DNA of 64,000 nt, from contig CANJVR010000009.1 in NCBI GenBank assembly GCA_947478395.1, forward strand, positions 1-64,000, given 5' to 3'. The notes below the pieces were generated by a model, which was given only the letters and a program-made list of their open reading frames with translations, was not told where the DNA came from and searched no databases. Positions 9,332 to 20,353 of the stretch are shown here, piece by piece (within the stretch, counting starts at the first letter, position 1; the number at the start of each line of letters is the position of its first letter). The stretch is from Opitutia bacterium (GTDB taxonomy: Bacteria; Verrucomicrobiota; Verrucomicrobiia; Opitutales; Opitutaceae). A program made the position numbers and the translations under genes.

Positions 9332-10831
9332 CTAACGCGTCCCAAACATCTCCGGATGCCGCCGCCGGAAAGTTTTCATCAAACCATCCCGTTCGGCGGC
9401 GGTCAGCGCCTGCAGGACGGAACCCGGCGCGACGCGCGACGACGAAGCGATTGCGGCAAACATCGCCACATCCTCCGTCGGCCAATCGGTCGGCGAAATA
9501 TCCCACAGGCGCGCCGCCTTGTCCCAGCAGGCCGTAAGGAGCGACCGGCCGTCGGGGCTGAACGCAACGTGCCGCACATTAAGGGCGTGGCGCAGCGGCG
9601 GCCCGAGCGGCCGGCCCGTTGCGACCTCCCACAACCGGGCCGTGTAATCGTCGCTCGCCGTCGCCACGATTTTTCCATCCGGGCTGAACGCCGCGTGGAC
9701 CACCGCGTCCTCGTGCGTCAGCGGCGGAGTAAGAGAGTCGCCCGTGGCCGCAACCCACAGTCGCGCGGTCGCATCGTTACCGGCGGTGACCACGACCCGG
9801 CCTTCGGGACTAAACGCCGCGAAATTCACGGCGTCGTCGTGCGCCAACGGCGGCGTGATCGGCTCGCCGGTCGCGGCCGACCAGACGCGCGCGGTCTTGT
9901 CCTGACTGGCGGTGACGACCGCGCGGCCGTCGGGACTGAAGGCCGCGCTGGTCACCCAGAATTTATGCTGGAGCGGCGGGGTTGCAGGCTGCCCCGTCGC
10001 AACATTCCAGACGCGCGCGGTGTGGTCGGAGCTCGCCGTGAGCACGAGGCGCCCATCGGGGCTGAACGTCACACTCACGACCGCACCCGCATGCGTCAGC
10101 GGCGGCACGAGCGACTTTCCAGTCATCGCATCCCAAAGGCGGGCCGCGCCGTCGTTGCTGGCGGTCGCGATGATTTTTCCATCCGGGCTGAACGCCGCCG
10201 AGCGCACCCGATCTTGCGCGAGTTCAGGCGGAAGCAATTTCCCCGTCGCGGCGTCCCAGACGTGAGCCGGGCTGACATAACTCGTCGCGATGACCGCCCG
10301 ACCATCCGGGCGAAACGCGACGAACTGAACTTGCTCGGGATAAGTCAGTGGCGGCACAAGCGGTTCGCCCGACTGCGTGCTCCACACCCGCGCCGTGCGG
10401 TCCCAACTCGCCGTCGCGATCGCCCGACCATCGGGACTGAACACGGCGTCCTCGACGGAATTGTCATGCGTCATCGTCCGCAGCAGCGCCCGGTTGGGCG
10501 GTCCATCATTGCCCGTGTCTGCTGCCGGCGCGACGGCCTGCAGCGGAATTTGCCGGATCAGATTTCCCGCCCGCCACCGCAGCAGCGCATCCTTGGGATC
10601 GCGCTTCATCGCCTCGGCCGTCCAGACCAGCGCCGTGGCAAAATCGCCCTTCGCCATCGCGTTGTCCGCCGCCGTCTCGTCCGCCGCGCCGGTCTGCGCC
10701 CGAGACAAACCGCCTGCTCCCGCGAGCCCAAGGCCGAGCGACACGCGCGACACGGCGCGACAAAACCGGCGAAAGAAAGAGCGGGAGGAAACGGCCAAAG
10801 CCACGCGGCGAGATTCCGAGCTTCGAACCAT
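9332..10831 (-). CDS. WD40-repeat protein (8 repeats) with N-terminal signal-like region
   Basis: Eight ~42-aa repeats of consensus H...V..aaFSPDGr.vvTAs.D.tARlW. Confidence 0.85.
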   Translation of the reverse strand: MVRSSESRRVALAVSSRSFFRRFCRAVSRVSLGLGLAGAGGLSRAQTGAADETAADNAMAKGDFATALVWTAEAMKRDPKDALLRWRAGNLIRQIPLQAVAPAADTGNDGPPNRALLRTMTHDNSVEDAVFSPDGRAIATASWDRTARVWSTQSGEPLVPPLTYPEQVQFVAFRPDGRAVIATSYVSPAHVWDAATGKLLPPELAQDRVRSAAFSPDGKIIATASNDGAARLWDAMTGKSLVPPLTHAGAVVSVTFSPDGRLVLTASSDHTARVWNVATGQPATPPLQHKFWVTSAAFSPDGRAVVTASQDKTARVWSAATGEPITPPLAHDDAVNFAAFSPEGRVVVTAGNDATARLWVAATGDSLTPPLTHEDAVVHAAFSPDGKIVATASDDYTARLWEVATGRPLGPPLRHALNVRHVAFSPDGRSLLTACWDKAARLWDISPTDWPTEDVAMFAAIASSSRVAPGSVLQALTAAERDGLMKTFRRRHPEMFGTR

Positions 10832-11099
10832 TTGGCAAGGCTACCACTTTTCACTTCCTGATTTTCGGGTGCCCGGAAGCCATCACGGGGGTTAGGTCCC
10901 CGCTCGCGCCCGGACTTTTTTTGCCCTTGTCGCAAGTTGAGACCTGCCCCCTTTTGCTACCGTCTGCCAACCGTTCCGTCTTTCCCGCCCCACCTTTCGA
11001 GGGTCTGTTTTGAATTCCCCGCGCGTTCGAGTCTGAGCGCTCCACGCGTGTCCCCGGTATTTTTCCATTTCCAGTTACCGCCCAATTTCGGAATTCCCC

Positions 11100-13853
11100 A
11101 TGACCACTCCTGCTATTTCACGTCGTGATTTTGTAAAAAACTCCGCGATCGCTGCCGCTACTTTTCAGCTCTCCGCCGGACTCGCCGCCCGCGCCGCCGC
11201 GGCCACCGCAGCAGCCCCGGCGATCCCGCGCCCCAACCCCATCGCCGCCGGCCCAGTCGATCTACACTGGATCGACGGAGGCGTGCCTCACGCCCTACCC
11301 GGCACCGCCTGGGGCGTGCCATGGCCGCGCGGTCACCTCGCGAAAAACACTTCGCTCGCGCTGCACACCGCCGCCGGCGAACCCGTGCCGCTTCAAACCT
11401 GGCCACTCGCGTATTGGCCCGATGGCTCGCTCAAGTGGACCGGCCACGCCATCGGGGCCGATGCCGGCGGCGCGGAAAATCTGAAACTCTCGCCCGGTGT
11501 TCCCGCTACGCCTTCGACGAACGCCGGCGTGATCGTCACCGAGGCGTCCGATGCGATCACGATTAGCACCGGCGTGATCGTCTGCCGCGTCGCTCGACGC
11601 GGCCCAGCCATCGTCGAGTCGATCACCCGCGACGGTCGCGAAATCGCGCGCGACGGCCGGCTCATCTGCCTACGCCAGGATCGCGAGAAATTTGCCGCGG
11701 ATGGAACGACGCGCCGCGAAACGTTCACCGGCGCGATTGCATCCGCCACCGTCGAACAAAGCGGACCGCTGCGCGCCGTCGTCAAACTCGAGGGCAAACA
11801 CGAAGGCCCCGGCGGCCGCGCGTGGCTGCCGTTTACGCTGCGGCTCTATTTTCACGCGGGCGGCGAAGCCGTGCGCATCGTGCACACGTTCATTTTCGAC
11901 GGTGAGCAGTCGACCGATTTCATCCAGGGCCTCGGCGTGCGTTTCGCCGTGCCGCTGCGCGACGAGATGCATAACCGCCACGTCCGTTTCGTCGGCGAAG
12001 GCGAAGGCATGTGGGGCGAGGCCGTGCGCAACATGCCGGGCTGGGCCGGGCGTTTTGGTTTCGCCTACGCCGATAAATTCACCGACCAGCTCGACGGCCG
12101 GCCTTGTCTCCCGCTCGCGCAATTCGATGCCGTGAGCCGACGCCAGATGGAAACCGTTCCCATCTGGAACGACTTCTCCTTGTTTCAATCCTCCGCCGAT
12201 CATTTCGAGGTGCGCAAAAGCACCGGCGCCCACAGCTCGTCCCTCCACGCGGGCCACGGACGTCGCTCCGCCGGGCTCGGCTACGTCGGCGGCATCACCG
12301 GCGGCATCGCCTTCGGCCGTCAGCATTTCTGGGAAATGCATCCGACGCAGCTCGACATCAACGGCGCGGCCACGGACCTCGCGCAATTCACGCTCTGGCT
12401 TTGGTCGCCCGACGCACCGCCGATGGACTTGCGCCACTACGATGACCACGCGCACGGCCTCGAAATTAATTACGAGGATTGGGAGGAGGGCCACAGCACG
12501 CCGCTCGGCGTCGCCCGCACCAACGAACTCATGCTCTGGGCGCTCCCCGCGACGCCCACGCGGGCGCGCCTGCTCGAACTCGCCGGTGCGCTCCGTTCGC
12601 CGCCGCGGCTCGTTTGCCCGCCCGCGCATTATCACGGCGCTCAGGTCTTCGGCGTCTGGAGTTTGCCCGACCGCTCGACGCCGGCGAAAGCCCGGCTCGA
12701 GGACGAACTCGTGCGGCTGGTTGAGTTTTACCAACGCGAGATCGAGCAACGCCACTGGTACGGCTTCTGGGATTTCGGCGACATCATGCACACCTACGAC
12801 GAACACCGTCACACGTGGCGCTACGACGTCGGCGGCTACGCCTGGGACAACTCCGAGATGGTGCCCGACATGTGGCTCTGGTATTCCTTTCTGCGCACGG
12901 GCCGGGCCGATATTTTCCGGATGGCCGAGGCGATGACGCGGCACACGAGCGAGGTCGACATGCACCACCTCGGGCCGTTCGCCCCGCTCGGCTCCCGCCA
13001 CAACGTCAACCACTGGGGCTGCGGTGCAAAGGAAGCGCGCATCAGCATGGCCGGCCTGCGGAGATTTTATTATTACCTCACCGCCGACGAACGCACGGGC
13101 GATTTGATGAAGATGACGGTGAACGCCGATTTCGCCACCGTCGCGATCGACCCGCTGCGAAAAATTCTTCCAAAGACGCCATACCCCACGCACGCGCGCA
13201 GCGGTCCGGACTGGTTCGCGTTTGCGAGCAACTGGCTGACCGAGTGGGAACGCACCGGCGACGCGAAGTGGCGCGACAAGATTGTCGTCGGCATGGACAG
13301 CCTCGCCGCGATGCCGCTCGGCATGCTCTCCGGACCGAACTTCGCCTACGATCCCGCGACGGGAAAACTTTTCGACATCCACGATATCGAGAAAGGAAAT
13401 TATCTCATGCTCGCCGTGTTCGGCGGCGCCGAGGTGGTCTTCGAGCTGTTGCAAGTGATCGATCACCCCGCGTGGGAAAAAACGTGGCTGCAATGCTGCG
13501 AACTCTGGAACGCCTCCGAGGACGAGCGCGCGAAAGTCACGGGCCGCAAATATTCCACGGGCGCTTATCCACTCTGGTACTCGCGGCTCACCGCTTACGT
13601 CGCGAACCGCCGCGGCGACACCCGCCTTGCCCAGCGCGCGTGGAACGAGTTCTTCCACGGCGTCACGCGCATGGACGGACGCCTGCCGCTCTCATCGCAG
13701 CGCGTCACCGGTCCCGCCGTCCTCAACCCGATCGACGAAATCGCCTGGATGGAAACCAATCTCGCGTCCCAGTGGTCGCTCAACCTGATCGAAAATCTCG
13801 CGCTCATCGGCGATCATCTGCCTGAGCTCGGGCCGGCCTGGAGCAAAACCTGA
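11100..13853 (+). CDS. Tat-exported exo-rhamnogalacturonan lyase-like protein (PL26/YetA-like), copy 1
   Basis: SRRDFVK Tat signal; WGVPWP.G, WPLAYWPDGSLKW, WYGFWDFGD.MH, GGYAWDNSE, GSRHNV.HWG. Confidence 0.8.
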   Translation: MTTPAISRRDFVKNSAIAAATFQLSAGLAARAAAATAAAPAIPRPNPIAAGPVDLHWIDGGVPHALPGTAWGVPWPRGHLAKNTSLALHTAAGEPVPLQTWPLAYWPDGSLKWTGHAIGADAGGAENLKLSPGVPATPSTNAGVIVTEASDAITISTGVIVCRVARRGPAIVESITRDGREIARDGRLICLRQDREKFAADGTTRRETFTGAIASATVEQSGPLRAVVKLEGKHEGPGGRAWLPFTLRLYFHAGGEAVRIVHTFIFDGEQSTDFIQGLGVRFAVPLRDEMHNRHVRFVGEGEGMWGEAVRNMPGWAGRFGFAYADKFTDQLDGRPCLPLAQFDAVSRRQMETVPIWNDFSLFQSSADHFEVRKSTGAHSSSLHAGHGRRSAGLGYVGGITGGIAFGRQHFWEMHPTQLDINGAATDLAQFTLWLWSPDAPPMDLRHYDDHAHGLEINYEDWEEGHSTPLGVARTNELMLWALPATPTRARLLELAGALRSPPRLVCPPAHYHGAQVFGVWSLPDRSTPAKARLEDELVRLVEFYQREIEQRHWYGFWDFGDIMHTYDEHRHTWRYDVGGYAWDNSEMVPDMWLWYSFLRTGRADIFRMAEAMTRHTSEVDMHHLGPFAPLGSRHNVNHWGCGAKEARISMAGLRRFYYYLTADERTGDLMKMTVNADFATVAIDPLRKILPKTPYPTHARSGPDWFAFASNWLTEWERTGDAKWRDKIVVGMDSLAAMPLGMLSGPNFAYDPATGKLFDIHDIEKGNYLMLAVFGGAEVVFELLQVIDHPAWEKTWLQCCELWNASEDERAKVTGRKYSTGAYPLWYSRLTAYVANRRGDTRLAQRAWNEFFHGVTRMDGRLPLSSQRVTGPAVLNPIDEIAWMETNLASQWSLNLIENLALIGDHLPELGPAWSKT

Positions 13854-13863
13854 GGACATTCGT

Positions 13864-13921
13864 GGAGCGGAAGCCGCGCGGCTTTCGCTGGTCCACCCGC
13901 AACACTCACGCGTTCCGCTAC
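13864..13921. repeat. Second-family GTAG-type REP-like hairpin
   Basis: GGAGCGGAA...TTCCGCTAC termini (reverse complement GTAGCGGAA) right after the PL26 stop. Confidence 0.45.
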
Positions 13922-14028
13922 GCAGAAATTCCGAACGCCGTTCACGGACTGGCCGGACCCCGCAGACGCGACGCTCGCCTCGCGGCCCGACACTTTCTCA
14001 ATTCCATTCGTTCCCCGCCCTACGCCGC

Positions 14029-14880
14029 ATGAAAACCATTCTATTCACCGCCTTCGTCGCCGTTACTTCTTCTCTCATGGCTCAAGCCCCTGCTCCTTCG
14101 ACCGCCGCACCCGCCGCCAAACTCGGCTCCAGGGTTTGGGTCTGGGAAGAGCTCGTCGCCAAAAACAACAACGTCGGCCAGCGCCGCGAAGTCGTCGATC
14201 TGCCGACGGCGACGTTTGAGAAATTTGAATCACACGTGACGACGTTGAATCCCGGCGTCGCTTCGCACCCGCCGCACCGCCACTCGCGCGAGGAATTTAT
14301 TCTGCTCAAGGAAGGCACGCTCGATGTCTTCATCGCCGGCCAAACCCGCCGGGCTGGTCCGGGCTCCGTTTTCTTTTTTGCGGCCAACGATCTTCATAAC
14401 ATGCGCAACGTGGGCCCGACGCCCGCGACCTATCTTGTCTTCAACTTCGACACTGTCGCCACCGCCGCGGCTTCGATCGAGGGCGCCACGGCCGTCGCCG
14501 CACCCGGGAAATTGGTCTCGACCGTGTTCGATTGGGAAAAATTTGTGGCGAAGCCGACGCCGACCGGCGCCCGCCGCGAGATCGTCGATTCTCCGACGAC
14601 CACCTGCAAAAGCTTCGAAGGTCACATCACCACGCTCAAGCCCGGCGAGGCCCCGCACGCCTCGCACCATCATCCCGACGAAGAGCTGATCGTTGTTAAA
14701 GAAGGCCTGATGCAGGCCACCATCAACGGCGTGGCGCAGCGCGGCGGCCCCGGCTCGATCTTCTTTTTCGGATCCAACGACGAGCATGGCCTGAACAACG
14801 TCGGCCCGACGGCCGCGACGTACTACGTCTTCCGCATCATCACCGACGCGACGCCGAAGGTCGCCGCCGCGACCAAGTAA
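14029..14880 (+). CDS. Secreted bicupin protein
   Basis: Signal peptide; two copies of RRE.VD.PT.T...FE.H.TTL.PG...H..H.H..EE. Confidence 0.8.
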   Translation: MKTILFTAFVAVTSSLMAQAPAPSTAAPAAKLGSRVWVWEELVAKNNNVGQRREVVDLPTATFEKFESHVTTLNPGVASHPPHRHSREEFILLKEGTLDVFIAGQTRRAGPGSVFFFAANDLHNMRNVGPTPATYLVFNFDTVATAAASIEGATAVAAPGKLVSTVFDWEKFVAKPTPTGARREIVDSPTTTCKSFEGHITTLKPGEAPHASHHHPDEELIVVKEGLMQATINGVAQRGGPGSIFFFGSNDEHGLNNVGPTAATYYVFRIITDATPKVAAATK

Positions 14881-15136
14881 GCCCAGCGCGCGTCCGACTT
14901 CGCCTCCCACCTTACGACCTGCCGCATTCCCGAAATTCAATCGGTCCGTCCAAAAAAATTGCGGGACCGGAGCAACGGCAGCAACGCGCCGGGCGGGACG
15001 ACTTCAACGACCTCTCGCTGCGACTGATGCCGCGATTTCAACCCCTCGTACTGCCAGCTTCAACTGTCACCCGTCCACGACGAGTCACGTAGCCTACCCA
15101 CTCCGGTCGGTGCCTTGTCGGATCCCTTTCGTCCCT

Positions 15137-16063
15137 ATGAAAAAAGCTCCTCCATCGTTCTTTGTTTTAGCACTCGCGCTCTGGGGCGCGGCGGCTGGGT
15201 TTGGCGCTGACGCCAAATCCGCGGCAAGCGCTGCTCCGCTTCTCGGTGCCGGGACACCGGGCGCGCCGGTTGTGCTGCCGGGCGCGCGGCAGTACGATTT
15301 TGTTTCGCAGCTCAACGGACGGCCTTACCGACTGATGATCTGGGCTCCGGCGGATGCCGGCCCGAACAAGGCCTATCCGGTCGTGTACCTGCTCGACGGT
15401 AACGAGTATTTCGCCGCGGCCGCGACCGACAGTTGGCACTATGAGAACGCCATCATTGTAGGGCTCAGTTATATCACCGACAGCGTGAACGAGTGGCGCG
15501 AGCGTCGTACGTTTGAACTTACACCCACCGCCGACCCTATTGGTGCCAAGAGTCCATCGGGCGGCGGCGATGCTTTTGTCCGCGTGCTACTTGAAGAAAT
15601 AAAGCCGTTTGTGGAGACGCGTTATCGTGTCGAACCGGGCCGCCGGGGACTCTTTGGGGTTTCGCTGGGCGGACTCACCGTTCTCAACGTGCTCTTCCAT
15701 CATCCGGAAGCCTTCGATGCCTACATCGCCGGCAGCCCCGCCATCTGGTGGAAGGACCGCGATGTGCTGAAGGGCGAGCAGGCCTTTTCCGACCGCGTTC
15801 GCGCCGGGGAACTCAAGTTAAAGGTCCTGATCACGTCCGCCGGCAACGAACAATATCGGGGCCAAGACCCCGCGCTCCTCGCGCAAGCGGCTAAGAACCG
15901 CATGATCGACAACGCCGCGGAGCTCGCGGAACGGCTCCGCGGACTCCGGCCGCAAGCTGTGCCAGTGGTCTTCACCATTTTCCCGGACGAGTCGCACGGG
16001 TCGGGATCGTACGCTGCGCTACGGCGGGGCCTCGCATTCGTCCTGGCGACGCCACCAAAATGA
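15137..16063 (+). CDS. Secreted alpha/beta hydrolase (IroE/BesA-like esterase)
   Basis: YPVVYLLDGN, GVSLGG nucleophile elbow, C-terminal ESH; signal peptide. Confidence 0.8.
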   Translation: MKKAPPSFFVLALALWGAAAGFGADAKSAASAAPLLGAGTPGAPVVLPGARQYDFVSQLNGRPYRLMIWAPADAGPNKAYPVVYLLDGNEYFAAAATDSWHYENAIIVGLSYITDSVNEWRERRTFELTPTADPIGAKSPSGGGDAFVRVLLEEIKPFVETRYRVEPGRRGLFGVSLGGLTVLNVLFHHPEAFDAYIAGSPAIWWKDRDVLKGEQAFSDRVRAGELKLKVLITSAGNEQYRGQDPALLAQAAKNRMIDNAAELAERLRGLRPQAVPVVFTIFPDESHGSGSYAALRRGLAFVLATPPK

Positions 16064-16112
16064 TCCGCGCTGGCGGAACTGACCCCTATCAATTGGACAC
16101 TCTTATTTTTAA

Positions 16113-17102
<990 letters not shown>

Positions 17103-17463
17103 GGCGGATCTTCCCCAAAGAATCCAAAACCGCGATGGAACCGCTGATCAGATTTCCCCCATCGGGAAAATCTTTGACCAGCGGCTCCGGCTAATCGCCT
17201 GCGCACCGAGTGGACGGAGTCCGCTGATCGCGTACGAGTTTTCCCCGGCGAAAATCGGCTGGTATGACCGGATTCAGTCATTGGGTCTGAAGGCGATGAG
17301 CCGCAGGGGTGCTCGTAGATTCGCCCGTTGGCGGACTCCATTAGCGCTTCAATAAGCTCTTTGGGTTTCGAAAACGCGGGCTAAACCAAACACGAATAGC
17401 GACCGCTCAGCGCACCAGGCCGGTGTATTCCGATCGATGAACCCCCGTGATCGCGCATAGAAT

Positions 17464-18750
17464 CTACTGCGCGTCGCGGTTGGCGATGCTCACGCGGAAA
17501 AGCGGCTTCGCTTTTTCCGACTCCTCCATCTCGTATTTTTGCCCGGTCTTGTTGGGGTCGTAATCCCGCCAGAGCCACGTCAGCGATTCCGGCAGATCCA
17601 TCGCGCCTTGCGCGATCGCGTGCATGCTCACGCCGAATCGGAAGTGGAAATCGTAGCCCTTCAACTTGAGGGAGTTTGCCAGCTGAATGTTGTTCAACGG
17701 CCAGCTGCCGGAGGCGGCTTCCTGATCGTCGGCGCCGTCAGACAACCACACGCGCAGATTTTTCTGCGCCTCGCGGCGGACTTTGACCGGCACGATGTAG
17801 CCGCCATCCAAGTTCCGCTCGGGATGCCATTGCAGCGCCGTGTAGCTGCCGATGTGCGAGAGCACGCGACTGAATTGCTCGGGAAAATACCAGGCCACGT
17901 TGAACGCGCAGATCGCTCCTGATGAAGCGCCGGCGACCGCGCGCGAATACGCGTCGGCGCGGACTTTGTAGGTCTTCTGCACGTCGGCCATGATTTCCTC
18001 GAGGAGATACTTACCGTAGCGGTCCGACACCGTGTCGTAGAGAATGCTGCGCATAGTCTGGCCTTCCGTGCCGCCGGTGCCCGGTTGAATCAACACGTGC
18101 ACCATCGGCGGAATGAGTTTCTTCGCGACGAGGTTGTCCGAAACGATCTGCAGACGCAGTCGCATCAAATCCTGATGACCGACGATGGTCTCGCCGTCCT
18201 GCCACACCATCAGTGGCGCGCCGCGCGTCGGGTCGATGCCGGGGTTGGTATAGACCCAGTAGTTCGTGGACATGCCGGGATAGATCGTGCTCTTCAGCGT
18301 TTTCTTTTCCGACAACGTGCCACGGGGCACGCCGGGCAGCGGATAGGAATCGGGATTGTAGCCGGCCACTTGGTAGGGCGCGGCGAACGGTTTTCCGTCG
18401 ACCACGTACTGGTGCTGGTGGGTCGTGCCGAGCCGCAACATTTTCCAGAGGTACCAATAATTGGTGCCGGGAACCTGTTTCATCGGGATGGCTGGTTCCT
18501 TGTCGATCGACACGGAGGCGGGCTTGGCGCTCTCCACCGCGAAGACGAATTCCTGTCCCCAGACCGCGACGCCATCGCGGCCGGCGAGTTCGGGAATCCG
18601 GTAGCCGAAGGAATCTTTCGCGCCGAGCAGCTCCTTGAGTTTGGGCGAATCGGTGCGGGCTGCATCGATCAATTCCTGCACGGGATTGATCTGGGCCAGC
18701 AGGCCGGTGACGAAAAACAGCGAGGCAAAGGCAATTTTGGGGAGGCTCAT
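17464..18750 (-). CDS. Secreted putative esterase (Fes/enterochelin-esterase-like)
   Basis: Signal peptide; YWVY.NP, MVWQDG, GASSG elbow, FSRVLSHIGSY. Confidence 0.75.
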   Translation of the reverse strand: MSLPKIAFASLFFVTGLLAQINPVQELIDAARTDSPKLKELLGAKDSFGYRIPELAGRDGVAVWGQEFVFAVESAKPASVSIDKEPAIPMKQVPGTNYWYLWKMLRLGTTHQHQYVVDGKPFAAPYQVAGYNPDSYPLPGVPRGTLSEKKTLKSTIYPGMSTNYWVYTNPGIDPTRGAPLMVWQDGETIVGHQDLMRLRLQIVSDNLVAKKLIPPMVHVLIQPGTGGTEGQTMRSILYDTVSDRYGKYLLEEIMADVQKTYKVRADAYSRAVAGASSGAICAFNVAWYFPEQFSRVLSHIGSYTALQWHPERNLDGGYIVPVKVRREAQKNLRVWLSDGADDQEAASGSWPLNNIQLANSLKLKGYDFHFRFGVSMHAIAQGAMDLPESLTWLWRDYDPNKTGQKYEMEESEKAKPLFRVSIANRDAQ

Positions 18751-19229
18751 TTCACAGGGGTTGAGTGATTACGGGATCGAAAATCAGGACCGGGAACGGT
18801 CGAAGCAATCGAGCGTGGTAGCGCGCAGAGCGGCGAGATCGTTCGGTCCGCGGGTTCGCTGAGATGGAACACTTCCGGCGGAAGTTTCAAGCAGCCGCTC
18901 GACGCAGAAGATTTTGAATCAGCCCGCGACGCTTTGTGCCGCGTCACGCCACCGCGTTGCTGCTGTGAGGGTGCGTATCCAGGCGCGTCGCAGGCCCCAT
19001 GCGTTTCACCCATCGCGGTCCCCGTGGTTTCTCCGTTGAGATCACGCTCGAGGGATAAGCCCCCATCGCGAAAACCGCCGATACCGCGAAGATAACTCCA
19101 ACGGAGTGGTCCCGCAACGGATTGCCCATGTATGTGCTATGCATCGGCGATAGACGTCGTATTCGCAGCAGCTCGCTTCTAAAATGACCGGCTCGTCGAG
19201 CACATCAGCCAATCTAACACCCCCCATAT

Positions 19230-19508
19230 ATGAGAAACGACTACATCCAAGGAGCCCTCAAAGTCATCGACGATCCCAACATCCTGGTAAACGTTGTCTC
19301 CCGCCGCGTGAAGCAGCTGAAGCAGGGTCATCGCGCCCTCGTCGAATCGCTGGAAAAACTTTCCCCCGAGGACATGGCCCTCCGCGAAATCGCCGAAGGT
19401 AAGATCACCTACGAACTCGCGACCCCGGCCGAAGTGGCTCGCAGCACGCGGGCAACGGTCAGAAATACCACCCGGCCGACAGCGTTTCAAGCCGCGAGAC
19501 CCGCCTAA
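19230..19508 (+). CDS. rpoZ: RNA polymerase omega subunit
   Basis: LVNVVSRRVKQL and ALREIAEGKI, PVC-type omega signature. Confidence 0.85.
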   Translation: MRNDYIQGALKVIDDPNILVNVVSRRVKQLKQGHRALVESLEKLSPEDMALREIAEGKITYELATPAEVARSTRATVRNTTRPTAFQAARPA

Positions 19509-19796
19509 GCGCACACGTGCTGCGTTTGCCGGCTCCGCCGGACACGAGCGTGGGTACTCCGCATCGAGGAATTTCTGGTTTGGCTTTGTTGCGCACCAGC
19601 GCAACCGAGTCCCTCCCCAGGGAGTAGATTCGACGCGGGCCGTTCATGAAAAGCGGTGGGCGAACGCGAGACGGGAGCGAAGCCGCCCCGAATCGCGAGT
19701 TTGAAGTGCCCCGCGTCCACCAACCTCGCCGAGTGGCGGCACCGACCGTCGTTCGATCGCGGATATTCTGTTACTCCGGGTGCTTCGCCCGGACCC

Positions 19797-19828
19797 AAAA
19801 AAAAGCGAAGCGCCGAAACGCTTCGCTT
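19797..19828 (-). terminator. Intrinsic terminator for the small basic ORF
   Basis: Minus strand reads AAGCGAAGCG-TTTCGG-CGCTTCGC-TTTTTTTT. Confidence 0.75.
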
Positions 19829-19913
19829 GATAAAAATGCGATCGAGTGAAAACCACCGATCACGGTTTGCGTGAGGGCGCAGTGCGCCGCACAGAAGGCC
19901 TGGCGCGAATCGC

Positions 19914-20006
19914 TTACTTCTTCGCCTTCTTGACCTGCCGTTTCTCCTTGGCGGTTTTGAGCGGGGCTTTCTTGGTCTGCTTTTTCGAGTTTTGTGTTTT
20001 GGCCAT
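19914..20006 (-). CDS. 30-aa Lys-rich small protein MAKTQNSKKQTKKAPLKTAKEKRQVKKAKK (not in ORF track)
   Basis: ATG at 20006 to TAA at 19914; host-like codons (AAG, GCC, ACC); followed by a terminator. Confidence 0.7.
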   Translation of the reverse strand: MAKTQNSKKQTKKAPLKTAKEKRQVKKAKK

Positions 20007-20353
20007 GGTACTTTCTGGTTGGGGTGATCGAGCGGGCGGAATGCCCGACTCGAGGTGCAGCGAGCGGAGAATCAACTGCCCGGTGCACCAGCACCGGATG
20101 GGTCTCCGAACTGAACGTTTTTAAATCCTGCGAAAGCCCAGCGCCGACCGCGATCTATTTCGTCGGCTCGATGCGCCGTTGCTTGCGGGCGTTTTTTCCC
20201 AACGGAAAAAACCGTTTGAACCGTGAAGCCGCATCAAATTCAGATCGCGAAGGCTGACCCACGAACCCCACGGCGCGGCCGGCGCAACGCCGCCAGAAAT
20301 GATTTCGAGCGCTTCGCGATTGACTCGGGCAGTCACTCGACCCCGTTGGATTT

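Noticed and set aside
9480..10470. ~126-nt periodic DNA repeats as a CRISPR array or DGR
   Set aside because: They are coding WD40 repeats; no spacers, cas genes or reverse transcriptase.
9326..10861. 511-aa plus-strand ORF with periodic Arg-rich pattern
   Set aside because: Antisense shadow of the WD40 gene; the periodicity mirrors the repeats.
11670..13658. Long antisense ORFs (662 aa here; also 28790-30754 and 45321-47366)
   Set aside because: Shadows of real genes caused by stop-codon scarcity in GC-rich DNA; no motifs.
17103..17463. Intergenic short ORFs or a possible gene remnant
   Set aside because: No recognisable similarity and no convincing coding pattern.
18751..19229. Possible ncRNA upstream of rpoZ
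   Set aside because: No 6S, tmRNA, RNase P or SRP hallmarks identified.
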